Source of the DNA: Yuukianura sp. NJ FZ-2021
Lineage: Eukaryota
Length of the DNA: 64,000 nt
Direction of reading: 5' to 3'
NCBI GenBank assembly: GCA_046563655.1
Contig: CM102288.1
Location: 2,976,001 to 3,040,000, forward strand
The translations under genes and the position numbers were made by a program. Below the pieces are notes generated by a model. That model was not told the origin of the DNA and made no database searches. It worked only from the letters and a program-made list of their open reading frames with translations. Shown in pieces: positions 24,531-38,509 of the stretch (the stretch's first letter is position 1; every line of letters starts with the position of its first letter).

Positions 24531-26438
24531 CTTATCCTAAAAAACATAATAAGTTAATCAAGATCCTTTCAACATAGTTAATTGATAGTGTGAACCTTAG
24601 TACTTACCACGCGGGAGGTCACTCGAGGTCAAGTTTGTGTAAAAATTCTGCAGAGATCCGTTTTTTTTTAACTTGATGAATCGAGTTCGAACTGAAGATA
24701 CAAACTGTGCAAAAACAAGCAGCAAAGCAAAAGCCTAGGTTAGTAAACTTTACCTTAGGCATTGCAAAACCTGTAAAAAAAAGTAATTTACAAAAATTTG
24801 CATTTTATATTTTCAGCAAAAGCAATTTCCACATTTGACAAAAATTATAGCATTCTTGAGTTACAAAATTTTTATCATGCTCATAAGGAAGCAGCAACGC
24901 CAATTTGAATTTTGCCGCTAGAAACATTTTGATAGAAATCTTTTTGTAGCGTCTGTACACCTAATCGGTATGAAATGTGAGAAGCTAAAAACCAAAAAAA
25001 ATCTGAAAATGAAGTCCAAATTTTTTGCTTTCCAATTCAATTTGAATTTTAATTACTCTTCTAATTACTAGTCATTATATGGAAATTTGTTCGTTTGCAA
25101 ACCTATGTTCTTGAAATCCTACAGTTTTACAGTTTTTTAATTTATGTATTTCCAAGTTCGTTATTTACGAGACTGTCAGCGTCCAATTTCAAAATTTTAA
25201 TGAACCAGGAACATGGTACAGGAAACCTAAAAAATTTGGGATCCTGTTGCCTGCCTCTGTCTAGCTTCATTTCGATCTCATCCTGCTCATTTCCGTTTCC
25301 AATTTTCCATTTTAGCATAATTTAGATTCTGAATGAAGAGAAAGTAGTGAAAGCAGTGAAGTATCTAACGCAAATGAGCATTACTAAGAACGAAACCAAA
25401 TGAAATCGTTATTTTCTATCTTTTTTTTCGTTTTTGTTCAAGATACAAAGAACTGTGTGCTCGGAGGTTCCATTTTTCCGCTTTCTGTAAATGTAATTTA
25501 CGAATTTCTCATCTCTTCATACCCCAGATCAGCTTTTTCTTTTGCTGTATCAATTTCAAATCCTCCCTTTTGTCATCACCTTCAAAAGAAAATTCAATTC
25601 CAACATCATTCACAGTTTATAAGAAAGAAAATGTCCAAGAAAGACTTTTTGTCACTTCAAAAAGCTTACTTTTCACACACACAAAAATTCTATGCTTTTT
25701 GGATTATTTGAGCGGTCAAATTCGAAATTGACCTGAACAGAAAAGCCTTTCGGCCATTTTTTTTTGGGTTTTTGAAAAGGAGTTCATTAGGAAGTGAAAG
25801 TAAAGTGAATTTAGAGGAACCCGCCGTGTTTTCTCTCAAAAAGAGAGAAAAGAAAAGTTCTTGTCACATTCAATTCATTGTCTCGCTTCTTCCCTGCAAA
25901 AGTGAGTGGTGTCCAGTGGTTCGATTCCAGTTTGCGGGGACACTTTTTGTTGGAAGTGAAAGTGCTAAATGTCATTTCGAAGAGGATATGAGATTTCTTT
26001 CATCATTTTTCCATTGACTTTTTTTGACCAATTCCAAATCCTTGTGGATTAGACCACGGAAAGAAAATAGCTCAATCTAACCACCAAAACCGCAAAGATC
26101 CCAATCCTGTCTTCCGGCACTTTCACCACAACTACTCTATCAATATCTATCAAAATCAACTTGACCTCGTGACCTGTTCCATGACAGCATAGGACAAATG
26201 TTAAATCTTAAACAAAATCTAGCTTAAACTAACATAACTAAGGTTAGATAGATCATGGATGACCAAAATTTACGTTTTCCATGCGCTAATTCTGAAAATT
26301 TTTATTAAGTCATTCTCGAATTTTATTAAACACATCTTTTAACTTGCGTTTTTGACACAGAAGTTGCTATACTGCATGTTGATAATTGCAAATTTTAACA
26401 AAAGTGAACTTTGACCTAACTTGGGCTTCTATTTTTTC

Positions 26439-29137
26439 CTAGTCAACTTGAAACGAAATGTCAGTAATCGGCAAGTTTCGACGACTCTCGGCATTTTGTG
26501 TTGTCAAATGTTTAGTAAACTTGACCAATCGTTCTTCCATGCCGCTTCGATGTAGTTCTTGTCTCAGTTTGAACAAATCGTATCTCGACACTTTGAGTGT
26601 CCAGGACGGTTGTCCAGTTTTTGGTTCTTGGCCTTTTGGAGCCACTCGCTGGCGATCTTTGCTTTTGACCTTGAACTGAAGTGAGCCTGGAAGTTGTAAA
26701 CGTGGAGACGGCGCGGGAACTGTCAAGCGTGGCATTGGTGACGGAGCATAGCTTTCTGGAGTGGCCAAATCCGGAAATACTTTAGGTTGACCAAGGGCTG
26801 AGGTGGGCAGTGACGACAGAGCAAGTGACAGTGGAAGCAAATTCAGCGTCGATGGGGTCACATCCACCACTGCCGAATCTTGAATATGAATCTAAGAAAA
26901 TTGAAACACAATTCGACGAATCCTATATTTTGAAAATTTTGAAATTTCTAAATTTAAAATTGATGGGTTTTACCGATTGAAACTTGTTAACGCTAGACGA
27001 TGACGATGGCCGACCAGATAATTTGTAAAGATCAAAGGGCGTTTGTGCAAGATTTTTACTTCCTACAGTCTTCAGTTTTTCAATTTCCTTCTTTACATTA
27101 ACGTTGGTTGCCTTTGCTGCTTCTTCAATTTGTTTTTGAAACTGAAAACGTGAAAACAATATTTTTGAAAATCCAATGTCTGAAATTCCAACATAGTCAG
27201 TTTTTTTCTTCTAAAAATGTACCTTCTGATCCCGTTCTCTAACAATTTGATAGCCATCACGCAACTTAGCCTTGCAAGCGACACAACACAAGCGATTCTT
27301 CGTCTTGAGTTGCTGTTTGACTTTTTCCGACTGCGCAACTCTTGCTGACATGCGATGATACCCGTTGAGGACTTCGTCAAAGTCGAAACTCGGTGCCGTG
27401 TCGGTCGGTCGAAGGTCAACGACCGTATCAGGTCGAGGATTAAGTAAAGACTCCACTGGCATTGGATTTTGAATCTCAACAAGATCCCAAGCTCTTCCGA
27501 AATCAGTTGACGAAACTCCGGCCACACACTGCTCAAATTCTGAATTCGTAGCTTTTCCTTGATTTTGAAGTAATGAGCAGTACTTGGTGTTAAGGGAAGT
27601 AAACGTGTCCTGTTTCAATAGTTTTTCTAAAAGTCCAATTGAGCAGAGAGCTTTACACGGATTCTTGCGTCGAACTTCACGAATCATTTTTCCAAGAGTT
27701 ACGACATTTTCAACTTCATTGATCAAGCTCCGAACGATGAAGTCAAGATAAGAACGGTACTGGTTCTTAATGGTCAAGTTTATGTTTCGCTTCGAACGTC
27801 CGGTTTTCTGGATCGGTTTGTCGCTGTCATCTGCAAAGTCAAATCCACCTTGGTTGATATTCGGCACGGCAAAATCCAAAACGGACGATACCGGATGAAT
27901 CTTCCAGTAACTATCGGTATCGTTATCGGTTTCGACGGTATCTTTGGCGGCTTCATCTTCCGTATGATTGGTTTCGCTATTTTTGGCGTTCTCTTCGTCA
28001 GCAATTTCTTGTAACTTGTTCATCAACGCTGAAATTTTGAAAATTTTGATATTTGAAATAAGAAACGCTTAAAACAGAACTCTTATTTGCTAAGAAGCAA
28101 CGATTACCTTCGTTCCACGCATGAGAGTCGAATCCTTGCAAACCGTTGAACAAACCACTGCCTGAGGTAGCGGCTTCCAGCATTGAAAAATTTCCATGTT
28201 CGCGTCTGAAATTTCGAAAATTGATTTTTTTTTCGAAACATGAATTTGACATTTTTCAGACAATTGAAGCTTGAAAGATTGAGTTACGCTGCGGAGTTTA
28301 GACGCAGTTCGGCTTGGATTCTGATGGCTTCGAACAGATTTTTGATTAGGGTTGCTCTGTACTTGCGCAGTGAAGTGGCCAGATCTTGTGTATATGGAAA
28401 CAATACCAACGATTCATCAACTGCTGCCTGTCTCAATCCGTTTACAAATTGCACAAGAAGTTGCGGATTTCGGCCTAACAGGGCAGTAGTGCGGAGGTCA
28501 CAGAGAATCGGGAGGACGTCGGGACAAGACAGGATTTCGTCCAGAATTGGGTTGTCGGTGACTACATTAGCTGCTTCATGTTCCAGAACGCCTTCGGTTC
28601 CATCAAGCTTTCAAAATTTCAAAAAATTCAAACACAGAATTTCAAAAAAAAAGTAACCTAACAACGACAAATTTTTACAGAACGCATGACACGACTCGTT
28701 TTTGATTGGTAGATGGACACTGGTCGACGTGCCACTCCATTCCTCTTGTAACAAAATCCTGGAATGTTCTGGCCGTAGAGAACGGAAGTATGTTTCTGAA
28801 ATTGTGAATTCAAAATTTTTCCAAAATGTCAAAAACTGCTTTTTTGAACTTTTTTTTCCCAAGAAGCTAAGCTAACAATTCCTGGATCCAGATAAACGTC
28901 ATTTCCTAGGAGGCTTGTGATTCCGCGAATCGTTGCCGTATTTTTCCTTTCACTGATTCTGTACTTGCGATCAATTTGTCTCTGTCCTTTCCTTATTACG
29001 CCAACTTCGCGCCTAAATTTGGCTTCTTCCGCCCGAGCCCTAATAAGCCCCGGAGTATTACTTTTACTTCGACTTAGTCCGTCCATGACCTCTTGACCTT
29101 TCGTCAATTTAGAATTTAGACTCTTGTAGACTTTCAC
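26439..29137 (-). CDS. Uncharacterised multi-exon protein (about 7 exons); start uncertain
   Basis: Successive minus-strand open frames (about 29.1-28.88, 28.8-28.68, 28.6-28.29, 28.2-28.06, 28.0-27.22, 27.14-26.97 and 26.89-26.44 kb) separated by short AT-rich GT-AG introns. No recognisable domain. Confidence 0.6.
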
Positions 29138-30789
29138 ATCTAAAGGCTAAAACCTTTAGCCCCTCCACTTCCTAACTAAGGAGTTTCAGCAAATGCTGAA
29201 CTTATGTGTGACTCAAGAGCCACTTGAGCATGCTGCAGTTACTTTTCATTGTTTTTGTTTACTAACACAAGGCACCAAAAAAGGGAAGAAGGACTTGGCG
29301 GCATAGAAATGGCGAGGAGAAAGTCGAGGTGTGAAAAGTGAAGAGCGTAAAAGGTTGAAGTGGGACTTTGAACGTAAATTTTCAAGTGAATGAAGTCACT
29401 CGTGCTGCTGGGAGAAAGCCCTTGGTGGGTGGGAATACGATACTTGGACAGTACTTGTAACTAGTTTGCGGTTCCCTTTAGTCTAAAGTGTATTGATGTT
29501 TTGTGCCAAGAAAGTACGGGTTAAGTTGGTAAATCAGCCAACTTTTACTTTTCTAGAGTCTCCTTCCTGGAAAACTTTTGGATAACAAACTTCCAAAACT
29601 CAACTTTCACTTTATGTAGTACTTTTGGTGACTCTTTACTTTATTAGAGGTTTGATAAGGTAATTTTACACTCTAAACGTGTAGCAACGTTTTGCAGTTA
29701 AACATTTTCATGTGCTTCTAATAGTTGTTAATAAAAATCACTTTAAATAGTTGAAGTTTTTGAAAAGTTTCATGTCGGAAAGTTTGAACGTTTTGTCAAA
29801 AGTGGCGTCATTTTTGTTTTAAAATTGCTTAGCAATGCCATCTACTGGGGCAAATTGAGACACATTTGTGGCGTCGTCGAATTTAGCGCGAACTTTGACT
29901 TTTTCAAATTTCGGGTGCTTGTGTTCTTTTGCTGCTGGCTTTTCGTTGTTTTTTTTTCTCCTTTTTGCGGATGGGTCTCTTCCTCCCATCCTCTCTCTCT
30001 TTATGAGAATCATAAGGTTGACTGTTGTGTAAGTGTTGATTGATTAATCAATTGTTTACAGTTTTGGATTACATAATTAATCGTTTTAGTTTCAATTGAT
30101 AAAGGATTTGACAGTGAGTGAGATTCCAACACGCATGGTCCCGGGAACTCGTTTTTTTCACAACATCGACGAAACGAACAGGTGAAGAATCATCTAATTT
30201 TCTTGTTTCACTTAACTGCTGCTGTGCTGTGTATGTAAAGGTTACGTTTACGATTATTGTCATGTCTGTCATTATCCCTTTCGTTGTTAACTCAGGTGAC
30301 TGACATACAAGAGCAGACAGTGGAAGAGTAGACACATATTCATCGCCAATAAATCACGACGACTTCACGCAAGCTGCGTTGAAGGAATCCGTAGGAAACG
30401 CAGACCCCTTGTGAAGGGCAAGGAAGGATCCATCCAGTGTCTGTGTCAGTGTCCAATAACCATTCTGTTCCTTCTGAAGTTGCATTGTCTTCGTTACGAG
30501 TTTAACAGAACTATGACGATGGAGATTTGTTCGGTTTCGAAGTAGAGCGGACTTTTTAGCAAGGTACTGAGTTTACAAATGTTTGGGATTTCCTAGTGAC
30601 ATTGTTGTCATTGTCAGTCTGTTGTCATTTAGTTCGTCACCACTTACATAGGCGACTACTGTACTGTGAGATCCTGTGCTGTTTAACTTGGTAAGCTCCT
30701 TGATAAAGAAAAATACTTTAACAGCTAAAACTGAATGAATTGAACGTTACTTGTTTTTGTCTTTAGGCCAATTATCCCGTGTGTCAAAG

Positions 30790-33700
30790 ATGTCTGTCCA
30801 TTATAAATTCAAGACAGAACTAGCTTTTTCAACAGTTACCTTCGATGGAATTCATATTTCCGTTGAGGAACTAAAGAAAGCAATCATTGATCAGAAGCGA
30901 TTAGTGAAAAGCGCTGAATTCGACTTACAAATTACAAATGCTCAGACCAAAGAAGGTACGTACGACGCCACATTACCATTACGTAATTTTATGTGCTTGT
31001 AAATTGTTTGTAATTGTAACGAGACGTATTTCTTTGTCTCTAGTTTACGAGAAGGAGGATGACTTGATTCCCAAAAATACTTCTGTATTGGTGGCTCGTG
31101 TTCCAGTGTCAGGGGACAAGAAGCGACAAAACACAAATGGACCAGCGACAGGGACTCCTGGGGTTGGAGGCTTTCCTAACCGGCACAATCGGCATCTCCC
31201 TCCACCAGTTCCAGCACTTCAGCCATCATCAGTGGCCAAGGCAATTACAAAACTTAACTCCTCATTTATATCACTACTTACTATTATTTTTAGTAACCGT
31301 ATACCTTAGCCAATCATAGAATAAGGATCTACCTCTAAGCTTTAACTCTTCCCCACTCAGGAATTCGCTTTCAATTACTGATTTCCCGATAATGCAGTTT
31401 GAGTCGTCCAGATTTCAATGTTACTGAAACATAAGTTAAGTTTTCCCGAAAAGTGCAGTTTAAGTTAGCACTCTTAAAACTTAGTCTTAAGGTAACTGAT
31501 TACTGCGTATCGAAATGGAATACGTCGACCGTGACCTTCTGAACCCGGGGTGAACGTGATGCCATTGTGACGCTCCTTGCCATAGGGTCGGTCAATCGTT
31601 TCTCCTTAAAGCCTTAGAATATATAGTTTCAAAAGTTAATATTTTTTTGTCATTCCTTTCAGCCTCATCCCTTCGTATCCTCTTACGGGCAACTTAATTT
31701 AATGATTCACTGAATCCTGTTTCACAGGGGATTGATTTGACCACAATGGAAGGATCAGAAGAAGAGAAGATTCAAGCTATGATGAATCAATCGACGGCAG
31801 ACTATGACCCTGCAAACTATATGCGATTGAGAGGTCAAGGTCAAACCGGTCGTGTTCCAAATTCCTATCGTTGTAATAAGTGTAACCAGTCTGGTCACTG
31901 GATAAAGGACTGTCCTATGAATAAGGTAAGTGGATTATTGGATATAATTTGAAACAAATAAGTTCGAGTTGAAAGACATTCAATCTGTGATTTGTGTAGT
32001 GAAAAAATACAAATTGTCTGCGGAAATTTTTTAGGCTGACGCTGGAGCGGTGACAAGGAAGAGCACTGGGATTCCGCGAATCTTCATGGTGAACGTGGAA
32101 GGTCCAGACGTTCCTGGAGCTTTACTCACCCCTGAAGGACGTTATGCTGTTCCCTCAGTTGATCAGTAAGTGTGCACTGAATTAAGTTAAAGGTTAACAA
32201 TCACTAAAGCCAAAACGTGCTAAAAAAAACTGTCCAATTTTTTTTTTGTAAACTCAGCAAAAAGTAAAATCTCAACAATTACTTTATTTTAATTTCAAAA
32301 CAATTTGTCTTTGAATTTAAGTTTTTCTTAATTTTTGTTTCAGTGCTGCTTATACGGACAGGACAAAAGTCGTTGCAGAACCACCTCCTCCAAAACCCAA
32401 AATTCCAGAAGAACTTGTGTGTAGCCTCTGCCAAGATCTATTGACTGATGCATTACTGGTTCCGTGTTGTGCCAATTCTTACTGTGATGAATGTAAGGGA
32501 TTAGTGTTCGCTCTTTACTCCAATACATCTCAATCTCAGTACATCCGTCCGATTCTGAATTACAAAGTTGTGGTTTCATTTTAGGTATTCGGAATGCTCT
32601 GATTCTTGATTCAGCTGACAATGAATGTCCAGGGTGTCATGAGAAGGACATCTCACCAACTTCGCTAATTCCAAATCGCTTCTTGCGAACTGCAGTGAAT
32701 GCTTTCAAGAACGAGACAGGTTATTCCAAACCGCAGAAAGTTGAGGTTAAAAGTACGGCACCCACCGTGGATTTGACGGAAGGCGCTGGGAAAGAAAAGC
32801 CAAGGACCCTGTCAGTGTCACTGGACGATTTACCGGAAGATCTCTTCCCTCATTCACCGAGAAAAGTGGACGAGGAGGAAAGTAAAGATGACAAAAAAGA
32901 GCAAGAAAACCGTGAGCCGGATTCTGATGGTAAGAAACTTTTTGTCATCTACGATTAAAAACTTCTTTTTGACGAGTTTTTTTTTATCCATAATCTCACA
33001 TGTTTTCTTTCAGATTTGTATGACTTCAACGATATGCCAGCAATTCCATCACTTATGGGAGACCAAAACAAGCTGGATCAAAATATTCGTACAATTGGAA
33101 ACCAGGAGCATGATCACAGGAGACCTCCTCGTCGAGATGACTATCATCAGTACAGAGGAGACCAACGAAGGCCATTGGGAAGTGGTATGCCACTACCGCC
33201 TGGACCTGGACACTACAAATCTAACAGAGACAGAGAACCGCCACCACCGGGTTTTGAAGACGGAAACCAAGGAGACAAATCTGGGAGAAATCGGTATGAT
33301 GATGAAAATCGGCCGCCCCACCATGGTCCACCAGGCATGATGGGCCCAGGACCACCAATGGGAATGGGATTTCCACCGAACATGATGCCGCCTGGATTTA
33401 TGCCACCACCGTTATTAGGTCCACCGGGAATGTTTCGTAAGTTCAAGAATAACATCTATTTGCTAACTCCATGAACTCTTTTCTTGTAAAATGGTCCTTG
33501 TTGCTGGCAATTGGTGTCATTGTACTGATTACTGAAATTTTTTGCCCTTATAGCTGGACCGATGGGGCCAATGGGGCCAATGCCGCCATTTATGCATCCA
33601 CATTTCGGGTAAGCAGCAAACTATCTTATTTACTTATCTCCAACTTTTCAAAAGTCTATTGCAGCTTTAAAATTTCATCCTTATCAAATTTTCAAGTCTA

Positions 33701-36700
33701 TTACACTGCAACTGCAACTCTCATCCTTTTCTTTTCAAGTCTATTGCGTTGCAATTTTAAAATTTCATCTTGTCAAATTTTAAAAAGTCTGTTGCTCTAA
33801 AATTTTCTTATTCTTGTCAAAGGATGGTTTCGGATTTGTGTTGTTGAAACCGCAAATGAAACAGCGGCATTTGTTTGCATTTTCTCCGGCCCAATTTATA
33901 AGGTTAGGTTAACTATCGAAATTTTTTCCCCAAGAGCTTCTGCCGCCTCCGGCTTACATCAAAATGTTGCCATAAATGGTTGGATTATGTCTTGGTAGGT
34001 TTCATTGGGGCGTTCATGTGAAATTTAAAATCCGAAGCAGTTAAAGTTGAAATGCGCGAATTTTTGTATTAATTTTATTTATATTTCATTCAATAATTTT
34101 AATTTATTTCGAACTTGCAGTCCAATGGGCCCTGGAGGTCCTCCGCCTCCGCACATGTTTCCCGGAGGTCGTCCTCCGTACCACAGTGATGACAGAGACA
34201 GAAACCGATACAGAGACCGAGAGCGTGACAGGGAACGTGACCGAGAAAGAGACCGTGACAGGGGCAGAGATCGGGATCGTGAAAGAGAAAGAGAGCGCGA
34301 TAGGTCGTCGAGAAGTTCTTTTCCACCACGTTCTAGAGATCGAGAACCGCCAAGAGAAGCTGCTCCTAGAAGAGAACCTGTTCCAGGGTATGGAAATTGA
34401 GGATCTAATTTTATATGTTGGGAAGTTAACTTAGTTTTTTTTTCATTTTTCTAGGGCAATTGAAGATCCGTTGAAGGAATTTGAGCGAATCATGCGTGAG
34501 AAGGATCGACTGAAGGAAATTGCTGCTGCTGCGGCAACTACTGGTGGCACAAACCCACCCAAAAGGTCTCCATCCTTCTCTCCTGGTCATCGTTCTGCTT
34601 CACCATTTCCGAAAAGGTCGAGCCGATCTCCAGGAAATTTTTCAAGGTCACCATCACCAAAGCGGTCACGCGTTGCTCCACCAGTGTCATTGTCACGGCG
34701 CAGGAGTTACTCAAGGTCAAACTCTAGAAGTCCAAGACGACAGGCCAGGTCAAGGTAAAATCACATTAATTATGAGTTTTTACTAGACACGTTAGCTCCA
34801 GTCTCATCTTTCTCATCCTAAATAGCTATGGATTGATTGAATTGACGTTTACACGTAGTTATGCTATGGATTGGAAGTGTTGTATGATGGGTTGTTTGTT
34901 TGGCTTAGGACTCCACCGAGAGGTCCTTCGCCAGCTAAGAGACGATCTCCTAGAAGGGCTCCTCCATTTTCTCCTTCTCCGCCGCGGTTTGCAGGAGGCA
35001 GAAAATCGGACAAAGTGGAGTACCATGAAAGCCGCTCTTCGAGGTAAATGCTTTGGGTTTGGGACAAAATGTCAAAATGTGATTTTTTTTCAATTATAAT
35101 AACTTTATAATGGTTAATAACTTTAGTTACTCTTTCTTTAGGTATGAGTCCTCTCGTTATCACTCATCGTCATCATCAAAACCTTACGACCGAGAACGTG
35201 AACGGGAACGTCCTCGTGAATCACGTCCTTCAGATCGGGACAGAGACTACGATAAGAAATATAGAGAAGATTCGCATTCATCATCATCTCGAAAATATCC
35301 AGGAAGTAGCAGCGTAACAAACAACAGTGGAAGTAAGAAATACGATTCATCTCGAGGTTCTGGACGGACTGGATCTCATCTTCATGGTTCTTCACATCAT
35401 CATGGTAGCAGAGAGCGGGAGATTGGATCCCATGGACACGCAATCATGGAACCGATTCAGTCCAATAACCCTGGTCCGCCTTCACTCTTTGACCTCAACA
35501 TCAACTCACCCCCTCACTTATTCGGAGACACAACTCTGGCATTCTTCCGAAACGAACCTGAAACAAAAGTGGTTCCTGTCATTGAAACTACTGAACTGAA
35601 AGAACATCACCATCATGGTAGCACGACCACTAAGCATGAAGAGAAGAAAGTGAAGAAAGAGAAGAAAAAGCACAAGAAGAAAACAAAAGATGAGAAACCA
35701 GACAAAGAAAAGGGCAAGAGGAGGAAGCGAAGTAAAGCTGGGGACAAGAGCATGGAGAAGAGTGAAGAAGAAGGTGGATCTGAAAATGCTTCAGCAAATA
35801 CATCCAGACGAACTTCTGGAGAAGGTGAAGCTGATTCGCTGCTGACTCTTGGAGAGAAATCGACCAATGTTCCCATTGGGACGGCCACGGTCATTTGCGA
35901 CTCTACGGTCAAATCACCAGAACATTTAGATAAAGGAGACGACACGGACACTTTGCTTGGTAAATTGGAAATTAGTGGCATGACTCAGATTTTGCAACCG
36001 AAGCAACTGGAATCGCTCATTGGGGCAATCGATGTTGGAGAGGCGTTGCTGGACTTAGATATCAATTTTCCAAAATGTGAGTCAAATTTGGAAACAATTT
36101 TACTGCTTATGCTTCATCCGTAGTGTTGCTGTCTTCTTAAATACATTCTTGTACACTGCTCTTAAGCTTGTTGCTTAGATTTAAAAAACACCTCAATAAA
36201 TTCTTGTATTGAGCACTGCTTTGCTGTGCAAATGCTTTCCTATATGCTGGTTGGCTTTTAGTTTATGTACGATGTATTCATTGAAAATATCTTTACAGTG
36301 GAGGAGCATTTTGCAACAGAAGCAGTTATGGAAAAGTCAGACCTTCCTCCGTCAAAATGGGACAACGATGACGAAGTTACTGAACAAACAGACGATTTGA
36401 TTTTGAAAAAAGCGAAGGAGGACGAAGAAAAAGAGATGTCAAGTGGCAAAGACGTTTTGGACAAAGAGAGTTCAGCAGGGCTGGTCACTTCTGAAGTTCT
36501 CAAACGAGCTGAGAGTGCAATTTTTGAGAAGAAGAGTTCAACGTCTCTGTCGAGTGCTACTGAAAAGCGGACGTCACCACAGACAAAGTCAAAATCGGAT
36601 AAAACCGCAAAGAAGGATAAAGATGGGAAATCCAAAGGTAATTAATTAACTATTTAGCAAATTCAGATTATGTTGTAGAGGGCAATTTGAAAAAAAGCAA

Positions 36701-38054
36701 CAAAAATAACTTTGAATTTGAAACCTGGAACTTGGATATTTCAGATAAGGGAAGCGAAAGTCAGCAGAAGAGCCTGAGAAGTTCGGAAACTGGGACACCG
36801 ACACCAGACGCTCAGCCAACGGATACTAGCACAAAACGTTCAGTACGTGATAGACTGGGTTCCAAAGTTGACGAAGCACCTCCGACAACACTATTGTCAA
36901 CTCTGGCCACTACCCCAGCAACACGTTCCCGTGATACGGACAAGTCAACTAAAACCGTCCAGTCTGAAGTCAGAAAGTCATCTCGTGATAGAGACCGTGA
37001 CCGAAGTCGGGATCTTCGTCGCGATATAGAACGCAAACGCAGTCGCTCACCCCTCACGCTTCAATCTGTTCGCAGATCCCGTTCAAGGGATAGACGAGAT
37101 CGGAAAGATGACTCCGGAGATCGCGATAGAGATAGAAACAAGCAAGATTCTCGACGGGATGATCGGAATAAGGATAAAAGCGATAGAGATAGATCTCCAA
37201 GGAAAGATAGAAGCCGTGATCGCTCCCCACGAAAAGATAGAAGCCGTGACCGCTCTCCAAGACGAGGGAGAAGTCGCGACCGCTCTCCAAGGAAAGATAG
37301 AAGCCGCGACCGCTCTCCAAGAAAAGATAGAAGCCGCGATCGCTCTCCTAGAAAAGACAGAAGTCGTGACAGGTCTCCAAGGAAGGACAGAAGTCGTGAC
37401 AGGTCTCCAAGGAAGGACAGAAGTCGTGATCGCTCTCCACGTCGCGCTGATAGGAGAGATCGAAGCCGTGATGACACACGCTCGCATCGGCCAAGGTCCA
37501 GGTCTGGGTCAGCTAGACGACGAAATCGTTCACGCTCGCCACGGCCCAGGGATAAGTCAAGAGACAGGTCACGACGATCACGTTCGAAGTCACGTCAGAA
37601 AGGAGCTTCCAAGGACGTTGGAGTCAAATCCGAAGTAAAAGTAGAAGATCGAAAAGAAGATTGGAAGTTATCTGATAAATTCAAGCCTATTTCTGCTCAT
37701 CAAGTATTTGATGCTTTCAATGCTGCGTCAATTGGGGTAGTTGAGGACAAATCTGGAGCTCCCATGCCATTGGCTGTTAGGAAACAGAAAAGAATTAACA
37801 TAAAATTGACATCGACATCCAAAATGGAGGCTGACAGCGACAGCAGTTCCACGGCGGAAGAAGGGGATGCTGATGCAGACAAGACTATTGAAGGACTGAA
37901 TGAAAGTAAAGAAGAAAAGAAGCTCAAAAAGAAGCTGAAGAGACGAAAGTCACATTCGTCGACAGAGTCAACTTCTAATACGGACGATGAAAAGAAGAGC
38001 AAGAAGAAAAAATCTAAGAAAAAGAAGAAAAAATCCAAGAAGAAGAAAAAGTAA
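30790..38054 (+). CDS. RBBP6: E3 ubiquitin ligase RBBP6/SNAMA (DWNN, zinc knuckle, RING, Pro-rich, RS and Lys-rich tail)
   Basis: MSVHYKFK..DLQITNAQTKE|VYEKEDDLIPKNTSVLVARVP (DWNN); SEEEKIQAMMNQS; CNKCNQSGHWIKDCP; KSTGIPR; PEELVCSLCQDLLTDALLVPCCANSYCDECIR..CPGC..LIPNRFLRTAV. Confidence 0.95.
37180..37445 (+). repeat. Coding 30-bp tandem repeat (DRSRDRSPRK, about 8 copies) in the last RBBP6 exon
   Basis: Recurring GATAGAAGCCGYGAYCGCTCTCCAAGRAAA-like units. Confidence 0.9.
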
Positions 38055-38509
38055 AGATGGTAAGGTCAGGTGAAGTAGAAACTTCAGCAGCATCCAGCAC
38101 AGACTCCTCTATTGGAGAAAAACTCCTAAACTGAAAATAATTATGTTATTTGCTAAGTTTTAGTTTGAAGTGTTGGTGGTTAGTTTGTCCAGGAACTTCC
38201 GTTAATTTTCTTTTGTTAAATATTTAGTCAATTAATTGGATATATTTAATGTGGAATTTATAAAAAAAATAAACTTTTATAAATTCAATTGCTTAGAATT
38301 ATATTTCAACATTTTTCATTAGCTTATATTTAGCGGTTTTCACGCTTTCTTCTCGAGGGCTGAAATGCTTTTCAGTTCCCAGGGAAGTTACCTTCAAAAT
38401 TCAACAGTAAGTTTCAAAATTCAATAATATTTTTAACAATTTCGACAATTTTTAAATTTTTGTAATTTGTTTTTTAGGTTTGATTTACGGAAGTACATAC
38501 ACTTTTGAC

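Noticed and set aside
37061..37638. Long alternative-frame and antisense ORFs over the RBBP6 RS repeat
   Set aside because: Expected artefacts of a low-complexity 30-bp coding repeat.
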